Assembly: GCA_963703335.1 (NCBI GenBank) | Contig: OY969812.1 | Coordinates: 972,495-1,036,494 of the forward strand | Origin: an uncultured Solirubrobacterales bacterium | GTDB taxonomy: Bacteria; Actinomycetota; Thermoleophilia; Solirubrobacterales; 70-9 | Direction: 5' to 3' | Length of the DNA stretch: 64,000 bases | Shown: positions 37,903-46,562 of the stretch, piece by piece | How the letters are laid out: each line of letters opens with the position of its first letter | How positions within the stretch are numbered: the stretch's first letter is position 1 | The notes under the pieces: generated by a model | Database searches by the model: none | What the model saw: the letters and a program-made list of their open reading frames with translations, nothing else | What the model was told of the DNA's origin: nothing | Translations under genes and position numbers: made by a program

Positions 37903-39118
37903 GGCGGCTCCCTGAATCGACCTGGGTTTGGCCCAAGGGGGCGCCGACCAGGCCGGCGTAGACCGCGGCCGTCTGCTCGGCGACGTCGCCCCAGTCGAAG
38001 CGGCGCAGGTGCTCGTAGGCTTCGGCGACCAGGCTGCGGCCGAGCTCGTCGTCGGAGAGCACGCGGATCGCGACCTCCGCCAGCGCTTCGGGGTCGTGGG
38101 CGCGGAAGCGCAGGCCGGCCTCCTCGTGCGGCACGACCTCGCGCAGGCCGCCGGTGTCGGCGACGATGCAGGGACAGCCGGAGGCCATCGCCTCCAGCGC
38201 GACCAAGCCGAAGGGCTCATAGATCGAGGGCACCACCGTGAGGTCGGCGATCTTGTAGAGCGAGTGCAGCACGTCATCGCCGATCCAGCCAAGGAAGGTG
38301 CCGTGCTCCATCAGGCCGAGGTCCTCCGCCTGCTTGTGCAGCTCGGCCTCGTGTGTGCCGGAGCCGGCGATCAGGAAGCGCGTGCCGGGGACCTCCTCGA
38401 TCAAGCGCGGCATCGCCTCGAGCGCGAGCTGGAAGCCCTTCTCATAGACGAGTCGGCCGATCAGCAGAACGAGCTTCTCCTCGGGCGCGGCGAACTCCGA
38501 GCGCAGCCGGGTCAGCTCCTCGGGGTCCTGCGGTTGCAGGTCGTCTGGATCGATGCCGTTGGGGATGACCGAGACGCGCGTCTCCTCGACGCCGAAGATG
38601 TCGGCGATCTGCTCGCGCATGTAATGCGAGCAGGCGATCACGCGGTCGGAGCGGTTGGTGATCCAGCGCTCGACGCCGTGGATGTAGGTCTGCGGATGCT
38701 TGTCGACCCAGCCCTGGTGGCGACCGTGCTCGGTGGCGTGGATCGTCGTCAGCAGCGGCGCGTCGAAGCGTTTGGCGAGGTGGTCGCAGGCGTTGGCGAC
38801 GAGCCAGTCGTGGCCATGGACGAGGTCGAAGCTGTAGCGGTCGCCGAGCTCGACACCGGCGGCGAGCATGTCCGAGTTCATCCGCTCGACCCAGGCGACG
38901 AACTCGCCCAGGTCGGTCGGGCGCTTGGGCTCGCGGATGCGATGGATGACCACTCCCCCGCGCCGCTCCTCGGCCGGCGACTCCTCGCCACCGCGGGTGA
39001 GGACGTGGACCTCGACCTCGCGATCGACGAGGGCCTCGGAGAGCTTGCGCACGTGGCGCGCAAGGCCGCCCTCGATCAGCGGCGGGTACTCCCAAGAGAG
39101 GATCAGTACGCGGGTCAC
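37871..39118 (-). CDS. GT4 alpha-glucosyltransferase, glycogen-synthase-like (Rv3032 type)
   Basis: MTRVLILSWEYPPLIEGGLARHV and a C-terminal EPFGLVALEAMASGCP motif. 415 aa. 4-nt overlap with the GH57 C-terminal frame. Confidence 0.88.
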   Translation of the reverse strand: MTRVLILSWEYPPLIEGGLARHVRKLSEALVDREVEVHVLTRGGEESPAEERRGGVVIHRIREPKRPTDLGEFVAWVERMNSDMLAAGVELGDRYSFDLVHGHDWLVANACDHLAKRFDAPLLTTIHATEHGRHQGWVDKHPQTYIHGVERWITNRSDRVIACSHYMREQIADIFGVEETRVSVIPNGIDPDDLQPQDPEELTRLRSEFAAPEEKLVLLIGRLVYEKGFQLALEAMPRLIEEVPGTRFLIAGSGTHEAELHKQAEDLGLMEHGTFLGWIGDDVLHSLYKIADLTVVPSIYEPFGLVALEAMASGCPCIVADTGGLREVVPHEEAGLRFRAHDPEALAEVAIRVLSDDELGRSLVAEAYEHLRRFDWGDVAEQTAAVYAGLVGAPLGQTQVDSGSRPRGASPAGRP

Positions 39119-40531
39119 GGCTGCAATAGCGGCGAAAGGCTGAGGTCAGGGGCTAGAGCGCGCATGCGCGGGTCGGCGATGGTCGGGGAGTCTATGGCCT
39201 GCAGAGCCGCTTCGGAGTGGGAAACAGCGCGGTGGAAGGCATAGTCGCCCGCCTGGCCCCGCTTATCGAGGAAGGCCCAGTCGCTGGCCTGGGCCGCGAG
39301 CAGCTCGCGAGTGGCCCGCTCGGCGGCGCCCCCGCGCAGTCCACTCGATAGTGCCCGCAGCAGGCGGAGCTCCAGCCGCCGCGCCCCCCAGGCGAGGTCG
39401 GCGACGGCGGGAGAGTCCCAGGTGCTGAGAATCCTTGTCCTCACCCCAAGTCGAGGCGTGCAGGTGGCGCTCGACCGGCTCGTGCTCGGCCAACGCCTCC
39501 GGCACGGTGAGCAGGCGCACCCCTGCCGCGTCGGCGCCTGCCAGGACCTCGCGCAGCCAGGTCACACCCTCCGACCACCAGTGCCCGAGCAGCTCGGTGT
39601 CGATCGCGAAGACGAGCAGGCCGCGGCGGCCGTGGGACGCGGCGTAGCCACGCAGGCGATCGCCGACAGCGGCGAGGAACTCACCTGCCTGTCGTCGAGC
39701 GGCTGTCTCCGCTGCCGCCGGGTCGTAGCCGCCGCCGCCCACCTTCCATATCCGCACGCCGCGCAACGACTCGCCCGCGAACTGGGCATGAGCCGGATCG
39801 GACGGGTAGCCGCCGAGTGACCAGAGCCACTGGATCGCCTCCCAGTCGATCGGCAGCGCCACCGGGCCGGCCTCGGTTGCGACTGGGGCAAGCGATGCAA
39901 GCGGCTCCTCCTCATTCCGGCTCTGGTCGACGAAGAACCACTCCACCCCGGCCTCCGCCAGGCGCCACTCCAAGCCGGGCGTGTAGGCGCACTCGGGCAG
40001 CCAGAAGCCGCCGCTCCAGCCAAAGCGGCGCCGGTGCGAGCGAATCCCCGCGTCGAGCTGCAACCGCAGGCCCTCGCGGGTGGCGAGCAGCGGCAGCACC
40101 GCATGGGTCGCGGCCGAGGCCGCCAGCGCGATCCGTCCCTCCCCCGCGGCACGCTGAAAAGCTCGCAGCGGATCGCCGCCATGATCGTCAAGCAACTGCA
40201 GAGCCCGGCGATAGCGTGCCTCCTCCGCCTCGCAAGCGTCGCGGCATTCGGCGTCAACCTCGTCGCGGTCCGCGACCGTCGCGGCGATCCGCCAGTCGAC
40301 CAGGAAGCGCCGCAGCCGCTCCCCCACCCCTGCGTCCTCGAGCTGGTCGGCGAGGACCGGGGTAACCGTCATCGTTAGCCGCTCGGCCACCTCGAGCACT
40401 GGCAGGTAGGAGCGGATCACCGCGTCGAACAGCCACTCCTCGCCGAACGGATAGGTCCCGAAGCCCTCGACGTAGGGCATGTGGGAGTGCAGGACGATGG
40501 CGAGGTCGCCAGCGCTCTCCTCAGGGGGCAT
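39115..40531 (-). pseudogene. GH57-family alpha-glucan branching enzyme (Rv3031 type), interrupted by a +1 frameshift near 39430
   Basis: N-terminus LAIVLHSHMPYVEGFGTYPFGEEWLFDAV (GH57). The frame reads ...ASTWGEDKD and then runs into Arg-rich nonsense to 39263. The conserved C-terminus LSTWDSPAVADLAW...LLAAQASDWAFL continues in the +1 frame (track ORF 39115..39444). Removing one T from GATTCTC restores DKDLSTWDSP. Confidence 0.8.
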
Positions 40532-41285
40532 GGCAGACGGCGAGAAAGTCGAGGGCGCGATCGAGATCGCTGCCCTTCAACCTGAAGTCCGAGGCGGCGA
40601 TCGCCGGCGTGAAGCGATCGTAGAAGGGAGCGGTCAGGTGGAGCGCCTTGTGGACTCGGTCCCAGCCCAGCTTCAGCGCCAGCTCGTGGACGCGCAGCTT
40701 GCGGGCGTGGAAGAGGCCGAACAGCTCGACCCGTGGGAAGTGCGCCTCGCAGAGCGCGCGGAACTCCTCGACCCTGTACTCGTGCACGTGCCAGGGGTTG
40801 TCGGACTTCTCGGCTCCGGGAGGGGCGAGCGTGAGCAGGTTGGGCGTGGAGACGTAGGCGACGCCCCCCGGCGACAGCATCGAGCGGAAGTGGTCGAGGA
40901 TCGCGCCGGCGTCCTCGACGTGCTCGATCGTCTGCAGGAAGACGACGGCATCGCAGGGCTCAGCGAACGACTCGACCAGGTCGCGCTGGAAGCGAAGGTG
41001 GGGGCGCACGTAACGCAGGCGGGCGTGCTCGTGCGCTTCGGGATTGGCGTCGACCCCGACGACGGACGCGGCCGAGCGGGCGAGCGTGTCCGAGCCGTAG
41101 CCCTCACCGCAGGCCATGTCGACGACACGCCCACCGCCGACACGCGCGGCGATCCACTCGTAGACGATCAGGTGGCGGCGGTACCAGTAGTTCTCCTCGG
41201 GCACGTCCGGCAGCGTGCGCTCGCCGGTGAGCGGCAGCGGCGGCACCCCTTCGGGCTGGTTCAGCTGGACGTACTCGCGAGCCAC
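40521..41285 (-). CDS. Class I SAM-dependent methyltransferase (Rv3030 type)
   Basis: VVDMACGEGYGS SAM motif and AVVFLQTIEHV. It overlaps the GH57 start by 11 nt. Confidence 0.85.
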   Translation of the reverse strand: MAREYVQLNQPEGVPPLPLTGERTLPDVPEENYWYRRHLIVYEWIAARVGGGRVVDMACGEGYGSDTLARSAASVVGVDANPEAHEHARLRYVRPHLRFQRDLVESFAEPCDAVVFLQTIEHVEDAGAILDHFRSMLSPGGVAYVSTPNLLTLAPPGAEKSDNPWHVHEYRVEEFRALCEAHFPRVELFGLFHARKLRVHELALKLGWDRVHKALHLTAPFYDRFTPAIAASDFRLKGSDLDRALDFLAVCHAP

Positions 41286-41350
41286 GAAAGGGACCGTATT
41301 GAGAGGCCAGCGCCCCGTGCGTTACGCCATTCCACGTAGAGTTCCGCGCC

Positions 41351-42268
41351 ATGCCAGCATCTCCCACGGCCACCCCAGAGCACATCAAGGACGTCAACAC
41401 GCGCTACCACGACGCTGCCGCTGAGGAGTACGACGCCAAGTGGGGCATCGACTTCGGCGCAACCGGTCAGGATCAGGTGCGCCAGAAGCTGGTCAAGGCG
41501 CTGGGCGGCCGCAGCGATACGAGCTTCGGCGACGGTCTCGAGATCGGCTCCGGCACCGGCTACTTCTCGCTCAACCTGCTGCAGCTCGGCGCGATCGAGA
41601 GCCTCACGGCGACCGACATCTCGCCGGGGATGCTGAAGCGACTGGCAAACACCGCCGCCGACCTCGGGCTCGAGGTGGAGACAGTGCAGACGGAGGCCGA
41701 GGTGCTGCCCTTCGAGGACGAAAGCTTCGACCTCGTCTTCGGGCACGCGGTTCTCCACCACATCCCGGACCTGAACAAAGCCTTCGCCGAATTCCGGCGC
41801 GTGCTGCGGCCCGGCGGCGCGATCGCGTTTGCCGGTGAGCCGTCCCGCTACGGAGACCGGCTTGCCGAGCTGCCCAAGCGTGCCGGCCTGCTCGCGGCGC
41901 CGGCGTGGCGGCGCGTGGTCGGCGCGCGACCACGCACGATGGCCGAGATGGCCCAGTCCGACGGCCACGCCCTGGAGGGTGAGGTCGACGTCCACGCATT
42001 TGCTCCCGCGGACCTGCGGCGCTTCCTTCGCGAAGCCGGCTTTGAGGATCGCCACGTCGGCGGCGAGGAGCTGCTCGCCAACGCCTGGGGCTGGGGCCTG
42101 CGCACGGTCGAGTCGAGCGCCGAGCCGGAATCGATCTCCTGGGGCTGGCGCCGCTTCGCCTTCAACAGCTACATGGCCCTGCAGAAGGTCGACTCGCGGC
42201 TGCTGGAGCCACGTCTGCCCGCCGAGCTCTTTTACAACCTGCTCGTCTCCGGCCGCAAGCCGGCTTAG
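41351..42268 (+). CDS. Class I SAM-dependent methyltransferase
   Basis: GLEIGSGTGYFSLNL, FDLVFGHAVLHHIPD and LRPGGAIAF. It is divergent from the MGLP-like operon. Confidence 0.85.
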   Translation: MPASPTATPEHIKDVNTRYHDAAAEEYDAKWGIDFGATGQDQVRQKLVKALGGRSDTSFGDGLEIGSGTGYFSLNLLQLGAIESLTATDISPGMLKRLANTAADLGLEVETVQTEAEVLPFEDESFDLVFGHAVLHHIPDLNKAFAEFRRVLRPGGAIAFAGEPSRYGDRLAELPKRAGLLAAPAWRRVVGARPRTMAEMAQSDGHALEGEVDVHAFAPADLRRFLREAGFEDRHVGGEELLANAWGWGLRTVESSAEPESISWGWRRFAFNSYMALQKVDSRLLEPRLPAELFYNLLVSGRKPA

Positions 42269-42271
42269 GAC

Positions 42272-43585
42272 CTACACCCCCAGCTGCGCCCGCCGGGCCC
42301 AGCTGGTCTCGACGATCCTGTCAACCACGGGACGGTGCCAGCCCTCCTCCAGCGCCGCCCGTCGGGCCTCCTGCAGGCCCACGATCACGTCCGCCGACCA
42401 ACGCTTGACCAGTGCTGGGAGCTGCCCACCAAGGCCACTGGCGTCGGCGAGCCGCTCCCAGGCCGCCAAATCGACCTCGGCTGGTTGCTCGACCCCCCCA
42501 ATCGACATCGCCATGCGAGCGGTCAGTTCGGGGTAGACCACCGTCGAAACGACGTCGTAAAGGGGCGCCAGGCGCGGGGCGCCCGAGTCGTCATAGAGCA
42601 AGGCGAAGTTCTTGCCGTGCGCATCGCTGTTGCCGAGCATGAAGTTGAGCAGAACAGCCTTGAGGAAGCGGTTGACGTCGAGAGCCGCCCGAGCGCTGCC
42701 GAGCCGGCGCAGCAGGGCGACGACCTGAGCCACGGAGGGGCCCCCGTTCGCCTCGTACTTTGCCCCGGGCAGGATGCCGAGCGCCTGGCACATGTCCTCC
42801 TGGTGAAGGCGGAGGATCCGGCCCTCGTCGTCCTCCGCGCGGTCGAAGCGCTTCACGCTGAGACAGGGCGTTGAGCCGACCTGGACCAGCTCGGTCGTGG
42901 CGACGTCGAGGCCGGCGCCAGCCGCGGCCCGCATGCAGAATGCCTCGTTGGCGGCAAGGTCTTCGTAGCGCCCGTAGTCCGGCTTCAGCAGGCAGGTGCT
43001 GGGTGCACCGTCGAGCGGCTGCCCAAACTCGCCCGAGGGAAGGCGGACCAGGACGAGCTTGTCCTGTACGCCTCCGAGGCTGAGCCGCACGTCCCCCGGT
43101 TCGACCTCGACGCCAAGGGGTCGACGGGGCAGCTCGCCGACCAGCGCGATCAGCTCCTCCTCGCCCAACACCCGCACCGAGGCATCATCGCCGCCATCCG
43201 GCTGCTCGCCCTCGGGCAGCAGGACGACCGCGCCCGCACAGTCAGCTCCAAGCGCATTGAGCAATCCGAAGCCATCCTCCTCGCTGAGACGGAATCTCTC
43301 CGCGATCGTCTTGCGTACCGAGCCCTCCGGCAATAGACCCTCGAAAAAGGGCGCCGACTGACTCGGGGTAAAGGTCTCCCCCTGAAACGGAAGCGAAACC
43401 GAAAGGGCGGCTGCGACCTTCTCTGGCCCAGTCGGAGGCTGCCCCGAATACGTGAAGCGATAACGCGAAGGACCGCACTTCTCGAGCGTTCCGACGGCTT
43501 TCCCGCGAAGGAAGACCGCGAGCTTCGCGCCGGGACGAGGCGGAACCCAGCTGCGACGCGACATCGAATGAGGCTGCGGCGTCAT
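42272..43585 (-). CDS. hipA: HipA-family serine/threonine kinase toxin
   Basis: N-terminal coupling domain (KAVGTLEK...YRFTY), LSLGGVQDKL, and the catalytic region FMLGNSDAHGKNFALL. 4-nt overlap with the hipB-like stop. Confidence 0.88.
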   Translation of the reverse strand: MTPQPHSMSRRSWVPPRPGAKLAVFLRGKAVGTLEKCGPSRYRFTYSGQPPTGPEKVAAALSVSLPFQGETFTPSQSAPFFEGLLPEGSVRKTIAERFRLSEEDGFGLLNALGADCAGAVVLLPEGEQPDGGDDASVRVLGEEELIALVGELPRRPLGVEVEPGDVRLSLGGVQDKLVLVRLPSGEFGQPLDGAPSTCLLKPDYGRYEDLAANEAFCMRAAAGAGLDVATTELVQVGSTPCLSVKRFDRAEDDEGRILRLHQEDMCQALGILPGAKYEANGGPSVAQVVALLRRLGSARAALDVNRFLKAVLLNFMLGNSDAHGKNFALLYDDSGAPRLAPLYDVVSTVVYPELTARMAMSIGGVEQPAEVDLAAWERLADASGLGGQLPALVKRWSADVIVGLQEARRAALEEGWHRPVVDRIVETSWARRAQLGV

Positions 43586-43833
43586 TGGTTTTTTGCGGGT
43601 GCCCGCTCGCGATCAGCAGCGATCAGCTCGAGGCCAAGCACATCCAAGACCGGCGCGATGCTGTCGAGCCGGCTCGTCGGCTTGCCGTGCTCGATCTGGT
43701 GGACCGCACGGGTGCTCACCCCGGCGGCGAAGGCCAGCTCGTCCTGGCGCAGGCCCAGCGACGTGCGTGAGTTACGGACTGCCTCACCGATCCGTTCGGC
43801 GCTTCTCGTGGCGGCATCCAGCTTTATCTGCAT
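43582..43833 (-). CDS. hipB: HipB-like XRE-family antitoxin or regulator
   Basis: IGEAVRNSRTSLGLRQDELAFAAGVSTRAVHQIEHGKPTSRLDSIAPVLDVLGL. Confidence 0.85.
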   Translation of the reverse strand: MQIKLDAATRSAERIGEAVRNSRTSLGLRQDELAFAAGVSTRAVHQIEHGKPTSRLDSIAPVLDVLGLELIAADRERAPAKNQ

Positions 43834-43940
43834 GATCGCGCAGATTAGCGTATTGAGGCCGGCAATTCAAGCGGATATGCATGATCATGCAAATAAGCTC
43901 GGCGCTATCTCTCTGGAATGCGCACCTGCATGATCATGCA
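43829..43940. promoter_or_regulatory. Three 14-bp palindromic operator-like sites upstream of hipBA
   Basis: TGCATGATCGCGCA (43829-43842, spanning the hipB ATG), TGCATGATCATGCA (43878-43891) and TGCATGATCATGCA (43927-43940, spanning the cyclase stop). Centre-to-centre spacing is exactly 49 bp twice. Confidence 0.6.
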
Positions 43941-45046
43941 TTTGGCTGACGGCGAGCCCGGAAAAGCTTGACGCCCGAATCGATGCCCTTGAGCCGGCGC
44001 TCGCCGGCAAACGAGTAAGAGAAACCGTCGCCGGCGACCTCCTTTGCCGCGGCGTCGACCAGCACGCTGCCCGGCCTGGCGACCGCGGTGAGGCGGCTGG
44101 CCAGATTGACCGCGCGACCGTAGTAGTCGCCCGACTGGGCGAGCGTCGGGCCGACCGCCAGCCCAGCGCGCAGAAACGGGAATTCCTCCCCTTCCCCCTC
44201 AGCCACCTCAATCAGCTCGAGTGCGGCGTCGAGCAGCGGCTCGGCCTCTGTGGAAACGAGCATCGCGGCGTCGCCGATCATCTTCACCAGCCGCACCGGA
44301 GGCTCAGCCACGATCGCTGCCATTTCCTCGAAGCGACCGGCAACTGAACCCAGCTCCTCTGGCGCGATCTCCTCGCCGAGCCGGGTGAACTCGACCAGGT
44401 CGGCAAAGCAGATCGCCCGGTCCACCGAACCGCGGATCTCGCCCGAGGCAAGGTCCGCGGCGCCGATCACGTCGCGGCGGATCTGCTCGAGCGTGTGCGC
44501 TCGCAGTGCGTAGAGCAGCGTCGGCTCGAAAACCGGCAGCATGTTCTCGGCCGCATCGGCGAAACGCAGCGCCAGGTCGCGCTCGGTGTCGCCGGGCTGC
44601 ATCAGGGTGCGGATCATCAGCTCGCGGTTGCCCTCGGCAATCCGCGCCGTCGCCATCCCGATCGTCCGCGCCACCTGCAGGATGCCGTCCTCGGGAAGGC
44701 CGGCGTCATAGAAGGCCCTGGTCCGTCGCGCCGCCTCTAGGTCTGCGTCGGTGAGGATCCGCTCATCGGGATCGGGATAGGGCAGTCCGAGCGCAGCGGA
44801 GGCACGTTGCAGGAGGTCTAGCTCGGTGCCGGAAAGCTCGGCGATTTCCCGCGGCGAGTAGCGGGGGCCGTCGCCAGCGATGCTCCGCTCCACTGGCAGC
44901 AGAGTCAGCCGGCCTGCGCCCACGGCGTCCTGCAGCTCCTCCAGCGGCACGCCTTCCCCGGAGAGCTGTTCGAGCAGGGCGAGACGATCCTGGCGGGCCT
45001 CGCCTTCGAGCCCGTCGAGCAGTCCCTCGGCTTGGAAGTCGATCAT
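43934..45046 (-). CDS. Class III adenylate/guanylate cyclase domain protein
   Basis: ICFADLVEFTRLGE...VKMIGDAAMLV...LRAGLAVGPT...GDYYGRAVNLASRL. Confidence 0.85.
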   Translation of the reverse strand: MIDFQAEGLLDGLEGEARQDRLALLEQLSGEGVPLEELQDAVGAGRLTLLPVERSIAGDGPRYSPREIAELSGTELDLLQRASAALGLPYPDPDERILTDADLEAARRTRAFYDAGLPEDGILQVARTIGMATARIAEGNRELMIRTLMQPGDTERDLALRFADAAENMLPVFEPTLLYALRAHTLEQIRRDVIGAADLASGEIRGSVDRAICFADLVEFTRLGEEIAPEELGSVAGRFEEMAAIVAEPPVRLVKMIGDAAMLVSTEAEPLLDAALELIEVAEGEGEEFPFLRAGLAVGPTLAQSGDYYGRAVNLASRLTAVARPGSVLVDAAAKEVAGDGFSYSFAGERRLKGIDSGVKLFRARRQPNA

Positions 45047-46548
45047 GCGGTCGCCACGCTACCGCCACGGCGCGGATCGCCGCCACCACTCAGCGCGCCG
45101 GTGGTGTGATCGCGGGCGACGGCCTGGGTGCCGCCGAAGAAGAGGTTGATCGCCGGCCGGCGCAGGACCGGCACGCCGCGGGCCTCGATCCGCGCCAGTG
45201 CTTCCTCGTCGATACCGGGCTCCGCCTGGACGACACCCTGCTCGTAGTGCAGCCGCGGCGCCCGTACTGCCTCGTCGGCGCTCATCCCCTGCTCGACCGC
45301 CCGCACGATCGTCTGCAGGATCGCCGAGCGGATGCGGTTGGAGCCGGCGCTGCCAAGGCCGAGCTCGATCTCGCCGTCGCGCAGCACCACGGTGGGCGCC
45401 ATCATCGAGGGGACCCGCCGCCCGGCGGCAATCGCGTGGAACCCGAGCGGGTTGAGGTCCTCCTCGCCGAGCATGTTGTTGAGAATCACCCCCGTGCCGG
45501 GAACGAGCACGCCCGAGCCCGAGCCGTTCGAGCAGGTGACGTTGGCGCACATGCCGTTCTTGTCCAGGGCGGAGATGTGGGTGGTCGAGCCGAGCAAGTC
45601 GCCAGCTGTGGCATCAAGGGTCGTGGGATCGAGCAAGCTGGCCTCGAGGCCGGTCCCGTAGAGCGCCTCGGCAAACGCCTCGCCGCGGGCGGCGTTAGCC
45701 GCACCCATCGCGGCTACGAGCTGCTCGGGGCCGGTGCACTCGCCAAGCCGCTCGAGCAGCGCGAGGCAGTAGGCGATCAGGATGCCCCCGGATGAGGGCG
45801 GCGGATTGGTCAGCACCTCGGTGCCGCGGAAGGTGGCGCGGATCGGCTCGCGCTCGATCGGCTCGTAGGCGGCGAGGTCGCCGCGGCCAAGGGTGCCACC
45901 GTTCTCGACGACGTAGTCGCTCAGCGCCTCCGCCACCTCGCCGTGGCAGAAGGGCTCGGCGCCTTCGGCCCCGAAGCGTTCGAGCGCCTCCGCCAGTTCC
46001 TCGAAGCGGAAGAGCTCACCCTCGCGCAGCCTGCGCCCCGTCGGCGCATACAGCTCTCGCGTGCCCTCCAGGCGCGCGTGGATCGGCTCGAGGATCTCGA
46101 GGATGTAGGCCTGCTCGGCGTTGACAGGCGCCCCGTCGCGGGCGAGGCGAATGCCGGACTCGGCCAGCGCCGCGAGCGGCATCGTGCCGAAGCGCCGCAG
46201 CGCTGCCTCCAGCCCGGCAGCCGTTCCGGGGACTCCACAGGAGGCGGGGCCGACGTAGAACGTCTGAACGGTCTCCGCGTCGAAGTGGACCGGAACGGGT
46301 GCCAGCTCGGAGCCCCGCTCGATCCCGTCGCGGCCCGGAGCCGCGACAAAGAAGTCGAGCAGCACCGTCTCCCCGTCGCGATGGACCATCATGAAGCCGC
46401 CGGCTCCGAAACCGGTCAGCGGGCTCTCGACCGCGAACGAGGCGAGCGCCGCGGCGACAGCCGCATCAACCGCGTTACCGCCTTCGCGCAGGACCTCGGC
46501 TCCGGCCTCGGCGGAGAGTGGATGGCCCGCGGCGACGACCCCGCTCAT
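45043..46548 (-). CDS. ggt: Gamma-glutamyltransferase
   Basis: GSTTHISALDKNG (autoprocessing Thr), PGTGVILNNMLGEED and GSAGSNRI. Confidence 0.93.
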   Translation of the reverse strand: MSGVVAAGHPLSAEAGAEVLREGGNAVDAAVAAALASFAVESPLTGFGAGGFMMVHRDGETVLLDFFVAAPGRDGIERGSELAPVPVHFDAETVQTFYVGPASCGVPGTAAGLEAALRRFGTMPLAALAESGIRLARDGAPVNAEQAYILEILEPIHARLEGTRELYAPTGRRLREGELFRFEELAEALERFGAEGAEPFCHGEVAEALSDYVVENGGTLGRGDLAAYEPIEREPIRATFRGTEVLTNPPPSSGGILIAYCLALLERLGECTGPEQLVAAMGAANAARGEAFAEALYGTGLEASLLDPTTLDATAGDLLGSTTHISALDKNGMCANVTCSNGSGSGVLVPGTGVILNNMLGEEDLNPLGFHAIAAGRRVPSMMAPTVVLRDGEIELGLGSAGSNRIRSAILQTIVRAVEQGMSADEAVRAPRLHYEQGVVQAEPGIDEEALARIEARGVPVLRRPAINLFFGGTQAVARDHTTGALSGGGDPRRGGSVATA

Positions 46549-46562
46549 CGGCCGGAAGGACG

